The notes: generated by a model not told the origin, from the letters alone. A stretch of DNA of 64,000 nt from Alkaliphilus flagellatus (GCF_018919215.1 NZ_JAHLQK010000001.1:92430-156429); one strand, 5' to 3'; counted from the first letter of the stretch, positions 10,651-20,579 are shown. Program-made: numbers and translations.

Positions 10651-10720
10651 TTTCTATAATAATGAATTATTAGGGGTATAGAGTTATAGAGGATATAGAA
10701 TTGTTGTAGGGGGGATAGCA

Positions 10721-10954
10721 TTGGATATAGCTAGCTTTTTCATATTAATAGTATTTTCAATACCTATATATGGACTATTAATATGGCAATATATAGAACC
10801 TGAAGAAATTTTTTTATGGGGTAGAAGATGGATGTATGAAGAAGAACCTGAACCAAGTGAAGAGCTTATAGAATACTATAAAAAAACAGCTATTATAGGA
10901 ATTGTATTTATGACAATTGTAATAATAATAAGTTTTATAAAGTTGTTATTATAG
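10721..10954 (+). CDS. small hypothetical membrane protein
   Basis: 77 aa with two hydrophobic helices. No other support. Confidence 0.3.
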   Translation: MDIASFFILIVFSIPIYGLLIWQYIEPEEIFLWGRRWMYEEEPEPSEELIEYYKKTAIIGIVFMTIVIIISFIKLLL

Positions 10955-11124
10955 GTTTGCCTTTTTCAGATCGCCCATAATACTGATTTATTGTATATAA
11001 AATAGGGGTAAGTAGGTGAATCAAAATCAGAACATTATGATGAAATAGATGAAAAAGGTATCCAACCAGAAATAATACTTCCAGAAAATATAAGAGATAG
11101 TATTTTGAAAGGGGATAATTCACC

Positions 11125-11997
11125 TTGATTAATAATTCTAATGAAAAATTAGTTTTATTTGATGCCGAAGATCATATTACATTTCTTACAAATAAAGTGG
11201 ATACTGATTATCATAGTCACAACTATATTCAGATTACAGTTGGACTAGATAAGCTAAGGCTGAGTTCGGAGGAAACTTTTGCTCCCAACTCAAAGTTGTG
11301 TAAGTGCCCTGTGGGTATATCTAGGAATTGTAAGTCGTCGGATAAAAATTTTAAAATTTGTACAGAAAAAAATGAGTTTAATACAAAAGGAGTTATTCTG
11401 GATTCCAATACTAGTCATAAGTTATATGGTTATAATGAGTGGCAATTATATTTACTAATTAACCCAGAATCTGTTTTTGGAGAAACATTAAGAATAAAAT
11501 TTTTACAAGAAAAAGAAATCTATGTTTTAGAAGAAGAAGATATAGATAAAATTATTCAACTAGATATTCAGTCAGTACCAAGAATTATTAGTTCGGAAGA
11601 ATATAGTAAATTTATAAAAGGACTAAAAGAAGTTTTAAACATACCAATTTATAATTCAGATTGCAAGATAGATAATCGTATACAAGAGATTTTAAGTTAT
11701 ATAGAAGCCTACCCTTTAGATAAGTTATCTGTTAAAGACCTAAGCAATGCGATTTTTTTATCAGAGAGTAGGTTGTCTCATTTATTTAAGGAAGAAATCG
11801 GTATATCTTTATCTAGCTATATACTTCATGAAAAATTAAGGAAAGCTTTTCATTTGATATTTAAGGGGTTAAGTATTACTGATGCAGCTATTGAAGCCGG
11901 ATTTAGCAGTTCTTCTCATTTTACGAATAGTGTTCGTGATAAGCTGGGGATGACCCCTAGCGCAATTATAAAAAATAGCAGATATTTGCAAGTATGA
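11125..11997 (+). CDS. AraC family transcriptional regulator
   Basis: C-terminal double HTH (LSVKDLSNAIFLSESRLSHLFKEEIGISLSSYI...ITDAAIEAGFSSSSHFTNSVRDKLGMTPS). Confidence 0.7.
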   Translation: MINNSNEKLVLFDAEDHITFLTNKVDTDYHSHNYIQITVGLDKLRLSSEETFAPNSKLCKCPVGISRNCKSSDKNFKICTEKNEFNTKGVILDSNTSHKLYGYNEWQLYLLINPESVFGETLRIKFLQEKEIYVLEEEDIDKIIQLDIQSVPRIISSEEYSKFIKGLKEVLNIPIYNSDCKIDNRIQEILSYIEAYPLDKLSVKDLSNAIFLSESRLSHLFKEEIGISLSSYILHEKLRKAFHLIFKGLSITDAAIEAGFSSSSHFTNSVRDKLGMTPSAIIKNSRYLQV

Positions 11998-12038
11998 TAA
12001 TGAAAAACCCTTTATAATTAAATAAAAAGGGTGATTAG

Positions 12039-12737
12039 ATGGAAACATATTTAAAATCAACAAAACTATTAGACTTTAACACTTCAGATATTGAACATTT
12101 AATAAAAAAAAGAAAATGGAATTATTTAAACCAGGAAGAAAAGATTGCGGCAGCATATGATTTTGTAAGAAATGAAATTAAATTTGGCTATAATAGTGGA
12201 GATGATATATCTGCTTCTGAAGTCTTAAGAGATGGATATGGGCAATGTAATACAAAGAGTACTTTATTAATGGCATTGCTGAGGGCCTTAGGTATACCAT
12301 GTAGAATTCATGGTTTCTTTATTGATAAAAAGATGCAGAAAGGTGCATTAACAGGAATTACTTATTTATTTGCTCCTAAAAAGATTGTTCATGCTTGGAC
12401 TGAAGTATATTTTAATAATCAGTGGATAGCTTTAGAAGGTGTTATTATTGATGATAAATATCTCAATCAAGTAAGAAATAAGCTTTGTAATTTTAATAAT
12501 GGATATATGGGATATGGTATTTCTGTAAAGGATAAAGAGAAGATAAGTCTTTGTTGGAAAGGAGAAAGCACATATATTCAAAGCTTTTCTATTGTAGAAG
12601 ATTTAGGCTTATTCAATAGTCCTGATGATTTTTTTATCCAATATAACAATACTAATAATAGAATTAAAAGTCTCTTATTTAACTTTTTACGAAAAAGGAT
12701 AAATAGGAAGTTAGACTTAATTAGAAGTGACAGATAA
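12039..12737 (+). CDS. transglutaminase-like cysteine protease domain protein
   Basis: Cys-His core motif GYGQCNTKSTLLMALLRALGIPCRIHGF ... HAWTEVY. Confidence 0.6.
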   Translation: METYLKSTKLLDFNTSDIEHLIKKRKWNYLNQEEKIAAAYDFVRNEIKFGYNSGDDISASEVLRDGYGQCNTKSTLLMALLRALGIPCRIHGFFIDKKMQKGALTGITYLFAPKKIVHAWTEVYFNNQWIALEGVIIDDKYLNQVRNKLCNFNNGYMGYGISVKDKEKISLCWKGESTYIQSFSIVEDLGLFNSPDDFFIQYNNTNNRIKSLLFNFLRKRINRKLDLIRSDR

Positions 12738-12842
12738 TATGTAAGGATAATGGGATTAGGCTCAAAGATTATCAAAGATTATTAATATAAATTAAAAAAT
12801 ATTAAATACAGAATAATAGGTATGGTAATAATAAGCTAATAT

Positions 12843-12871
12843 TTGCAATATTTATTTCCATATGTTATAAT
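12843..12871 (+). promoter_or_regulatory. sigma-A promoter TTGCAA-17-TGnTATAAT (extended -10)
   Basis: Near-consensus hexamers with 17-nt spacing, in an otherwise ORF-free 1-kb region. Confidence 0.5.
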
Positions 12872-12877
12872 CCAAGT

Positions 12878-13090
12878 TAGAAATAAACAAAAATAAAGGG
12901 AGAGAATTTGATGTCCGAGGTTGTTCTTAACTAATCAACTAAATAGTTGTTTCTTAAAAAACTTTTAAACTTGATTTACATCGAGTCTGTTTCTTGATGA
13001 GTTTTTTAAGAAGAAGTTAGGAACACGGATAGAGTTCAACCTTATAATATATTAATAAACCGTGCTTTTGTACGGTATTTTTATGTCAAA
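12878..13090 (+). promoter_or_regulatory. candidate leader-peptide attenuator or small RNA
   Basis: A 7-codon ORF, MSEVVLN (12911-12934), follows an AGGGAGAG RBS. A 12-bp stem TTCTTAAAAAAC/GTTTTTTAAGAA (12949-12960 with 13000-13011) is followed by an ACCGTGC-TTTT-GTACGGT hairpin and a U-tract (13060-13085). Confidence 0.3.
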
Positions 13091-13258
13091 AAATAAATTT
13101 TATATACTATATTATCCTTTCTGATAATTTACTATTCAAAAATTTGAGTGGCTTATTTTTAATCATCAATATAGCTACTAAAAATTTTGATAAAGGATTT
13201 AATAACTCAGATTAAGGTTAAAATAGAATATTGTTTTGACATATATTATAAAATATAA

Positions 13259-13300
13259 AAGGCTGTAGTGACTTTGTGTTGCTATGGCCTTTTTTATTGT
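13259..13300. terminator. hairpin AAAAGGC...GCCTTTT with flanking T-runs
   Basis: 7-bp GC-containing stem with a roughly 23-nt loop and TTTTTTATT downstream. It could terminate either strand. Confidence 0.35.
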
Positions 13301-13731
13301 CTAATAAAGTATAAGTTTCTTAACTACTAAGCGATTTTTAAAGAGGTATAAGGTTAGCAATATTTTAAGCACTCAATTTAAAAGCTTAAGCTTTTGGATC
13401 GAGCGCATCATGAGTCGATGTAATAGCATCAGACAAATTTTTTTATTTTGTTATCCATGTTTCTAACGTACTTTCAGTTATTAGTATAACCATAGCTATC
13501 ATTCTTGACCTTTAAGAAAGGAGAGAGTAATTTGCTAATTGCAAATAAAGAACATGTACTATGAAAATGATAAAAATTAGGATTTGTAGTAAATGGTTGT
13601 TTAAAGCATCTTTTATTTAGATAATAAAGTATTTTCTATAGGTTTAAATGTAGTAATAAAAGCATTAAGCAACTGAAATTTCTAGAATATACGTGAAAAA
13701 ACTAAAATCAATATAATATGGAGTGATATTA

Positions 13732-14898
13732 ATGATTAATTATATACAAGAGGTAAATAAAAATGTAAATATACAAGAAGGAAAGCAGGCAATAGAAAAT
13801 ATATTGTTAAATATATATTTCAAAGAGGGTATTTCTAATAAAGAATTGTCAAGAAATAATCTTTTACCTATACCTGTTATTGTAGCCATAAAAAAAGAAT
13901 TTATTAAATATGGTTTGCTAGTTCAAGACAGTGGAGTAAGGTTAACTAAAGAAGGGTTAAGTTTCATAGAAAATAGGCTAGGCTTTCGTGGAATAAGAAA
14001 GGACCTATATATGAAATTATTAAAGGAAACATGGGAAGAAGAACAAGAGATTATTGAAGTTAAAAGGACATTAAGTGAAGTATTTATAAATCGACCATTG
14101 GCGGATGTTACTATAGATCAGTCAAAATGTACTTTAGATACAGCTGTAAAAAGAGCAGTGTTATGTCTACAAAATTACGCACTAGTAGGTAAAAATATTT
14201 TATGTATAGGGGACGACGATTTAGTAAGTATAGCTCTAGGTTTTTTACTTAAGAAGTTATTTGCTGATATAGAATACTGCAATACAACTATTTCTGTAAT
14301 GGATATTGATAATAGAGTCCTTACCTATATAAAAGATATTGCTGAGAAGGAAAGGCTCCCTATTAAATGTGTATGTTCAGATTTTAGAAAGCCATTATCA
14401 AAGGATTTTACAGAACAATTTGATTGTTTTTTTACTGATCCTCCTTATACTTTGGAGGGAATGAATTTATTTCTTTCAAGAGGGATTGAAGCTTTAAAAA
14501 AACAAAATGGTCTTCCTGTTTTTCTTTCTTATGCCCACAAGTCACCAGATTTTGAATTTGCTATGCAGCAATGCTTCCTAGATATGGGACTTATAGTTTC
14601 TAATGTGATGACTAGGTTCAATACCTATGAGGGGGCAGGAATAATTGGTAATACAGGGCAAATGATAGTTCTTAAAACTACTAGTAAGAGCAAGACATTA
14701 ATGCAAACTTTTTATCAAGGTCCACTTTATACTGGAGAACTAAAAAAAACAGTTCGCTTTTATAGGTGTAAGAGTTGTGGCCAAACTAATAAAGTAGGTC
14801 TTTCAGAGAAGATTAAAACTATAGAAGAACTAAAATCAAAAGGTTGTAATAAATGTAGTAATCAAATATTCAATCTAATTGATAAAAATAAGCTTTAA
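13732..14898 (+). CDS. DUF43/BpsA-like class-I SAM(dcSAM)-fold protein with N-terminal wHTH and C-terminal zinc ribbon (putative aminopropyl- or methyltransferase)
   Basis: N-terminal wHTH-like segment (GISNKELSRNNLLPIPVIVAIKKEFIKYGLL). GDDD loop (NILCIGDDDLVSIALG). A DPPY motif (CFFTDPPYT) about 70 aa later. C-terminal CKSCGQT...CNKCSN. The ATG at 13732 follows a GGAG RBS, and the ORF-track GTG at 13723 is probably not the true start. Confidence 0.45.
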   Translation: MINYIQEVNKNVNIQEGKQAIENILLNIYFKEGISNKELSRNNLLPIPVIVAIKKEFIKYGLLVQDSGVRLTKEGLSFIENRLGFRGIRKDLYMKLLKETWEEEQEIIEVKRTLSEVFINRPLADVTIDQSKCTLDTAVKRAVLCLQNYALVGKNILCIGDDDLVSIALGFLLKKLFADIEYCNTTISVMDIDNRVLTYIKDIAEKERLPIKCVCSDFRKPLSKDFTEQFDCFFTDPPYTLEGMNLFLSRGIEALKKQNGLPVFLSYAHKSPDFEFAMQQCFLDMGLIVSNVMTRFNTYEGAGIIGNTGQMIVLKTTSKSKTLMQTFYQGPLYTGELKKTVRFYRCKSCGQTNKVGLSEKIKTIEELKSKGCNKCSNQIFNLIDKNKL

Positions 14899-15088
14899 TT
14901 TATAAAAATTAAGAGCATAAACGGCTTAGCGTTCAGTGGGAGTAAAAGTTGGCTCTAAATTGAGTCTTAGTTTGTCTGTAACTTTATAATATTTCATTAA
15001 AAGTTCTATATTAGTACACAGAAAAGACACAACAAAGTATTAAACTAAAAAGTGTAGAACAATAAAATAAATATTAGGAGGAATAAAC

Positions 15089-15877
15089 ATGAAAAGAATT
15101 TTATCAACGGCGTTACTATTAACTTTATCAAGTTCATTAATTGCTACACCTGTATTTGCGAATGAGGCAAATCAAAATGTAAAGCCAACCAATGTTTTAT
15201 ATGCAAATCAAGAAATGGATCTACATGTTCTAGAAGGTACGATTAAAGATATTAGGGAATTTGATTTAGTAGTAGAGGATTCTGAGGGAAAAGAATATGT
15301 TGTACCAATATTAGGCTTTAAAAATCTAGAGGAGTACCAAGCTGCTAATGTTCAAGTAGGACAAAAAGTCTTGTTAAAAGGAATAGATCTTTCTGAATCA
15401 AAACCTGGTATATTAGTAAAAGCAATCCATGCTGATGATACTATAAATCTTGATACTAATGATTTAGAAGTTATTGAAACAGAGGAATTTAGAGATAAGG
15501 TTATATCGAATTTAAAAATAACAAAACAACTAGATACAGAAGCTGTAACAGCAATAGATGAAGCTGATTTAGATGATATGAAAACTAAGAACAGTGGACC
15601 TATACGCATAAAATTAAAGTCAGATTTTGATGAAAATAAAGTACAAGAATTAAGGAACATAGATATACTTGAAAAGGGTAAAAACATATCTAGCGAGGAT
15701 CAAGTGCAATTTGGCAAAGCTGTAATGATAGATTCAGAAGGTACAGAAGGCATGGCTGTAAAAGTTACTCCATTTAGTGATAATATGTTTATACCTCAAG
15801 AAATTACTATTAATGAAGTAACTATAAAATTACCTATGATGACAAAAAGTATAGAAACTGCTAAAACCATAAATTAG
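15089..15877 (+). CDS. secreted hypothetical protein (signal peptide)
   Basis: MKRILSTALLLTLSSSLIATPVFANE has a signal peptide with an AxA cleavage site. The mature part is acidic. Confidence 0.5.
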   Translation: MKRILSTALLLTLSSSLIATPVFANEANQNVKPTNVLYANQEMDLHVLEGTIKDIREFDLVVEDSEGKEYVVPILGFKNLEEYQAANVQVGQKVLLKGIDLSESKPGILVKAIHADDTINLDTNDLEVIETEEFRDKVISNLKITKQLDTEAVTAIDEADLDDMKTKNSGPIRIKLKSDFDENKVQELRNIDILEKGKNISSEDQVQFGKAVMIDSEGTEGMAVKVTPFSDNMFIPQEITINEVTIKLPMMTKSIETAKTIN

Positions 15878-15959
15878 TATAATATAAAATGAAGTTTATA
15901 CCTACTTATACGATATAATTATAAGTAGGTATTTTTTTCGAAATTTAGGAGGAGCTTTT

Positions 15960-16640
15960 ATGTATAGAAATTTATTATTGATAGAAGATGAAAAAAGAAT
16001 GAGAGAAATATTAGTGGATTATTTCAAACGTGAAGATTTTACAATATTTGAAGCAGCTAATGGAAGAGAGGCATTAGAGATATTTGATACTAATAATATT
16101 CATTTGGTGATTCTAGATATAATGATACCAGAAATAGATGGATGGTCTGTATGTAAAAGGATTCGAAAGGAATCAGGAGTACCTATTATTATGCTAACTG
16201 CTAGATCTGATGAAGATGACAAGCTTATGGGATACGAGTTAGGGGCAGATGACTATATGACTAAGCCGTTTAGTCCAAGAGTATTAGTTGCAAAATCAAA
16301 AATGCTTCTTAAAAGAGCTGAAGGAAATGTAGTTAATGATAATGGTCTAATTTTATGTACAGATATTGAAGTTAATAAATTATCCCGTACGGTTAAAGTA
16401 GATAATGAGCTAATAGAACTTGCTCCAAAGGAATTTGATTTACTAGTGTATATGATTCAAAATAAAGAAATGGTATTAACAAGGGAGAATATCTTAAATC
16501 ATGTTTGGGGATATGACTACTTCGGAGATTTGCGTACTATTGATACTCATATAAAAAAGCTAAGATACAAACTAAAGGATAAGGCGAAATATATTAATAC
16601 CGTTAATAGAGTAGGCTATAAATTTGAGGTGAACGAATGA
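15960..16640 (+). CDS. OmpR-family response regulator
   Basis: Receiver domain (LLIEDE...DIMIPEIDG...) with winged-helix output (TIDTHIKKLRYKL...VGYKF). Confidence 0.85.
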   Translation: MYRNLLLIEDEKRMREILVDYFKREDFTIFEAANGREALEIFDTNNIHLVILDIMIPEIDGWSVCKRIRKESGVPIIMLTARSDEDDKLMGYELGADDYMTKPFSPRVLVAKSKMLLKRAEGNVVNDNGLILCTDIEVNKLSRTVKVDNELIELAPKEFDLLVYMIQNKEMVLTRENILNHVWGYDYFGDLRTIDTHIKKLRYKLKDKAKYINTVNRVGYKFEVNE

Positions 16641-18580
16641 AAAGAAATAGTATTACCTTTAAGCTTTTTATAATAACAACTATCTTTTTTATATTATTTT
16701 TAATGATTGTAGTAATTAGCCAGTCCATGTTTTTTGAAAAATTTTATATAAATCATAAAATTAGTAAATTGGAAAAAAATTTGGAGGGGTTTGCTAAAAA
16801 ATATTATAAAGAGGGTTGGGACCAAATAACAATAACGAAAAATATTAGTAATTTTATAAATAATAATAATGCTCAAATTGCAATATTAGATGATAAAGCT
16901 ATAACTAGGCATATTCCACTATTTAATTTAATTATTGAAACAGAAGATAAAAATGAAGTAATGGTGCCTTTAAACAATATGATTTTAATGGAGACAATAC
17001 AAAAATTAAACCTTTCAATAGGAGATCCAATCGTAATTAAAGGAGTTTATTCAAATAATGAGCACAATATTATATATCCATCTAGTATTCAAGGTAAGGG
17101 AAATAGTCTGGAAGTATTGGACTCAGTAGGATTAAACATAAAAGAAAACTTAGTGATTGACACTCCTGGAGTTACTGGAATCAGCGAGAGAGAAATACTC
17201 TCAGAAAACAATTCTATCCAAGTATTAAAAAAAACACCAACTAGTTTTGCCGTTAATATCAGTAACCTTAGGCAAGAAATGATCCGGATAGATATGCGAG
17301 AAATTAAAGGGAACATAGTAGAATTAAATTTTCCAACACAGAAGGATTTTATTATGTCATATAGAGAAGATATGTTTTGGTCTGCAATGGATAACTGGTT
17401 TTGGATTTCAAAGAGTGATGATTTTGCCATAGAAAATGAAGAAATAATTAGCTATAAATATAAAAGTCCTATGAATGGAATAGATAATATTGTTATGATA
17501 AAACCTATTTTCGATAAGGGCGAATTAAAGGAAATGGTATTTGCTATGTCTTCCCTACAGCCTGTAGGAGAGGCTATAGGAGTAATGAAGGACTATTATA
17601 TTTATGGATTTTTAGTGGCAATATTAATAATTATTATTTTGTCTTATATTTATTCTAAGCTTATAGCTAATCCCCTAATAAAAATAAATAATACAGCCAT
17701 AAAAATGGCAGAATTAGATTTTTCAGTAGAATGCAATGTTAAATCTAATGACGAAATTGGAAATCTAGCTAATAGTATAAATATATTGGCTTCAAATCTA
17801 AATAAAAATATGAAAACCCTGCAGGATACAAACGAGAAGCTTAGAGTTGAAATAGAAAAAGAACGGACCTTAGAGAGAATGAGAAAAGAATTTGTATCTA
17901 GTGCTTCACATGAATTAAAAACTCCATTAGGAATTATGAGAGGTTTTACGGAAGGACTTAAAGATGAGGTTGCAATTGAGAAAAAGGATTACTATATAGA
18001 TGTTATATTAGAAGAGATAGAAAAAATGGATACCCTTGTATTAGATATGTTAGATTTGTCTAAGCTTGAGTCTAAAGCATATCTATTGGCAGAGGAAAAC
18101 TTTTATATAGATTCACTGATGCAATTGGTGAAAAATAGATTTATCCAACAGTTAAAGGAAAAAGATATTAAAGTTAATTACATGTATAGTGCCGAAGAAA
18201 TTATGGTTAGGGCAGATAAAAAAAGAATAGAGCAGGTTATAACCAATATTATTAGTAACGCCATAAGACATACGAAATTAGAAGGTTTTATTAACATTGG
18301 CATAAGGAAATATAATGAAGATAAAATTTATATAACTGTTGAAAATGAAGGAGATAGGATTCAAGAAGACAAGTTAAATCATATTTGGGATAGATTTTAT
18401 CGTGTGGAGGAATCAAGAGATCGTGAATTTGGAGGAACAGGACTTGGATTATCAATTGTAAAGAATATTTTAGAACTTCATAATAGTGATTATGGTGTGA
18501 AGAATACAGAGAATGGTGTGATGCTGTATTTTACACTAAGATTAGCTGTTGAAAAAAATTATATGAAAGCCGATTTATAG
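16637..18580 (+). CDS. sensor histidine kinase with a large extracytoplasmic domain
   Basis: 2 TM segments flank a roughly 290-aa periplasmic domain. HAMP, HisKA H-box SASHELKTPL, and HATPase N/G boxes (GGTGLGLSIV). Overlaps the RR stop by 4 nt. Confidence 0.85.
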   Translation: MKRNSITFKLFIITTIFFILFLMIVVISQSMFFEKFYINHKISKLEKNLEGFAKKYYKEGWDQITITKNISNFINNNNAQIAILDDKAITRHIPLFNLIIETEDKNEVMVPLNNMILMETIQKLNLSIGDPIVIKGVYSNNEHNIIYPSSIQGKGNSLEVLDSVGLNIKENLVIDTPGVTGISEREILSENNSIQVLKKTPTSFAVNISNLRQEMIRIDMREIKGNIVELNFPTQKDFIMSYREDMFWSAMDNWFWISKSDDFAIENEEIISYKYKSPMNGIDNIVMIKPIFDKGELKEMVFAMSSLQPVGEAIGVMKDYYIYGFLVAILIIIILSYIYSKLIANPLIKINNTAIKMAELDFSVECNVKSNDEIGNLANSINILASNLNKNMKTLQDTNEKLRVEIEKERTLERMRKEFVSSASHELKTPLGIMRGFTEGLKDEVAIEKKDYYIDVILEEIEKMDTLVLDMLDLSKLESKAYLLAEENFYIDSLMQLVKNRFIQQLKEKDIKVNYMYSAEEIMVRADKKRIEQVITNIISNAIRHTKLEGFINIGIRKYNEDKIYITVENEGDRIQEDKLNHIWDRFYRVEESRDREFGGTGLGLSIVKNILELHNSDYGVKNTENGVMLYFTLRLAVEKNYMKADL

Positions 18581-18660
18581 GTATAGGAATTAGAGTCACT
18601 CTATTAGAGTAGGTTTTTTAGCAAAAATCCAAACTATAGAAGAATTACGAGGTGATAGGA

Positions 18661-20394
18661 ATGGAACAATTATTTTCATTTATTCAAAATGAATTGATTT
18701 ATTTTGTTCAAGCAATATCTGAAGTGTTAAAAGTGGACGTACAAATTATAGATTATCAATATAATCGTGTTGCAGGAACAGGATATTGGAAAAACAAAAT
18801 AAATGAAAATATAAAGGACTATGCTTATATTACTAAGAGAGTCTTTAGGACAGGAAAAAATGCAGTTATTGAGAATCCTAGAGAAAATTTAATTTGTAAT
18901 AATTGCAATAAGAAAGAGTTTTGTAAAGAAACAATGGAAATTTCAATTCCTATAAGATTTGACAAAAGAATTATTGGTACTATAGAATGTGTATGTATTA
19001 ATAAAGAACAGAAAGAACATATAGTAAATAATAAAGCCACATATATAGTATTTATTGAACAGATGGCTAAATTATTGGAATCAAGGGTAATTGAAGAACT
19101 GGAGAAAAGAAAGAAACTAAAGGTTTTGGATTTATTAGATAATGTTTTAAATAAACTTAACGAAGGTGTTATAACAATAGATAGTAATCATAATATTGTA
19201 AATGCTAATAATTATGCAAAACGGATATTAAAGATTGACAATCATTCAAGTAATAAGATAAGTATTAAGGAAACTGGAAATATGGTATTGAAACTACAGG
19301 AATATAAAATTGAATATAATAGTAGTACATTTATAGTAGTTGGAGAAAGATATGATGTTAATTATGGCGGTCAAGAAATTAATGAAGTAATTGTGTTTAC
19401 ATCTAAACAGACCCTTAAAGAACAATTTTTAGAATTATCAGGTTCTAAGCATAATATTGAATTAGATAAAATTGTTGGAAATTCAAGTATAGTAAAGGAG
19501 TTAAAAAGAAAAATTAATACTGTTGCCTCATCAGAATCAACAGTATTAATAACAGGTGAGAGTGGAACAGGAAAAGAATTAATAGCAAGAGCTCTTCATA
19601 ATGAAAGCAATCGTTCTAACAAGCCATTTGTTGCTGTCAATTGTGCTGCTATACCGGATACATTATTGGAAAGCGAACTTTTTGGATATAGTAAGGGAGC
19701 ATTTACAGGGGCAAATCCAAAGGGTAAAATTGGGAAAATTGAGTTGGCAGATGGAGGAACATTGTTTTTAGATGAAATTGGTGATATGCCTTTATATATG
19801 CAAGCTAAAATCTTGAGAGTAATTGAAGATAAAAGTATAGTTAAACTTGGAGATATTCAAGAGAAGTTACTTGATATTAGAATTGTAGCGGCTACAAATA
19901 AAAACTTAGAAGAAATGATTAGAGAAAATGTATTTAGAGGAGATTTGTATTACAGGTTAAATGTTATTCCAATAAATATTAAACCATTAAGAGAACGAAA
20001 AGAAGATATTAAAACTTTATTCCTTCATTTTCTAAAAAAATATGGGATTATTTTTGATAAGAAAGTTACAGTAATTTCTGAGGAAATTTGGAAATATTTA
20101 TATACATATGAGTGGCCAGGTAATATACGTGAGTTAGAAAATGTTGCAGAGTATAGTGTAAATATGTTAAATAGCAATGAAATTATTTCTGTTGAACATC
20201 TACCTAATAAGATATTAATTAATAAAAAATCTGACATAGAAATAAATACTAATTTGGATGACGTAGAGCGACAATTGATTAACGAATATTTAAATATCTA
20301 TGGTTTGAGCGTAGAAGGAAAGAAAAGAGTAGCCGAAAAATTAGGTGTAAGTATAGCTACTTTATATAGAAAAATTAAAAAGTATAATATATAG
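18661..20394 (+). CDS. sigma-54-dependent transcriptional activator (sensor domain + PAS + AAA+ + HTH_8)
   Basis: GESGTGKE Walker A, GAFTGA sigma-54 contact motif, and a C-terminal Fis-type HTH (RVAEKLGVSIATLYRKIKK). The ATG at 18661 follows AGGTGATAGGA. Confidence 0.85.
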   Translation: MEQLFSFIQNELIYFVQAISEVLKVDVQIIDYQYNRVAGTGYWKNKINENIKDYAYITKRVFRTGKNAVIENPRENLICNNCNKKEFCKETMEISIPIRFDKRIIGTIECVCINKEQKEHIVNNKATYIVFIEQMAKLLESRVIEELEKRKKLKVLDLLDNVLNKLNEGVITIDSNHNIVNANNYAKRILKIDNHSSNKISIKETGNMVLKLQEYKIEYNSSTFIVVGERYDVNYGGQEINEVIVFTSKQTLKEQFLELSGSKHNIELDKIVGNSSIVKELKRKINTVASSESTVLITGESGTGKELIARALHNESNRSNKPFVAVNCAAIPDTLLESELFGYSKGAFTGANPKGKIGKIELADGGTLFLDEIGDMPLYMQAKILRVIEDKSIVKLGDIQEKLLDIRIVAATNKNLEEMIRENVFRGDLYYRLNVIPINIKPLRERKEDIKTLFLHFLKKYGIIFDKKVTVISEEIWKYLYTYEWPGNIRELENVAEYSVNMLNSNEIISVEHLPNKILINKKSDIEINTNLDDVERQLINEYLNIYGLSVEGKKRVAEKLGVSIATLYRKIKKYNI

Positions 20395-20404
20395 AATAGA
20401 TAAA

Positions 20405-20441
20405 TTATCAAAAATGATAAATTTATCAAAAATGATAAATT
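20405..20441 (+). promoter_or_regulatory. tandem direct repeat (2 x about 18 bp) each containing the palindrome TATCAaaaaTGATA; candidate EBP upstream activating sequence
   Basis: TTATCAAAAATGATAAATT repeats twice, about 140 bp upstream of the -24/-12 element. Confidence 0.45.
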
Positions 20442-20579
20442 GTTAATTACAACAGAAATCATGTATATATGGTATTTTAATAAATAATAATTCTCAATAA
20501 TGATAAAATCTTAAAAATTAGAATGTGCTAATATGGTTTTAAATTAGCATAGAATAAGACTCCATATGAAATTTTATAT

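Noticed and set aside
13723-13731. GTG at 13723 as the start of the DUF43-like gene (ORF-track start)
   Set aside because: The GTG overlaps the GGAG RBS. The ATG at 13732 has better spacing (GGAG-N8-ATG). The 3-codon difference does not affect the call.
20405-20441. Possibility that the tandem repeats are a tiny CRISPR array
   Set aside because: There are only two overlapping copies of an 18-19 bp unit with no spacers. The position and internal palindrome fit a regulator binding site instead.
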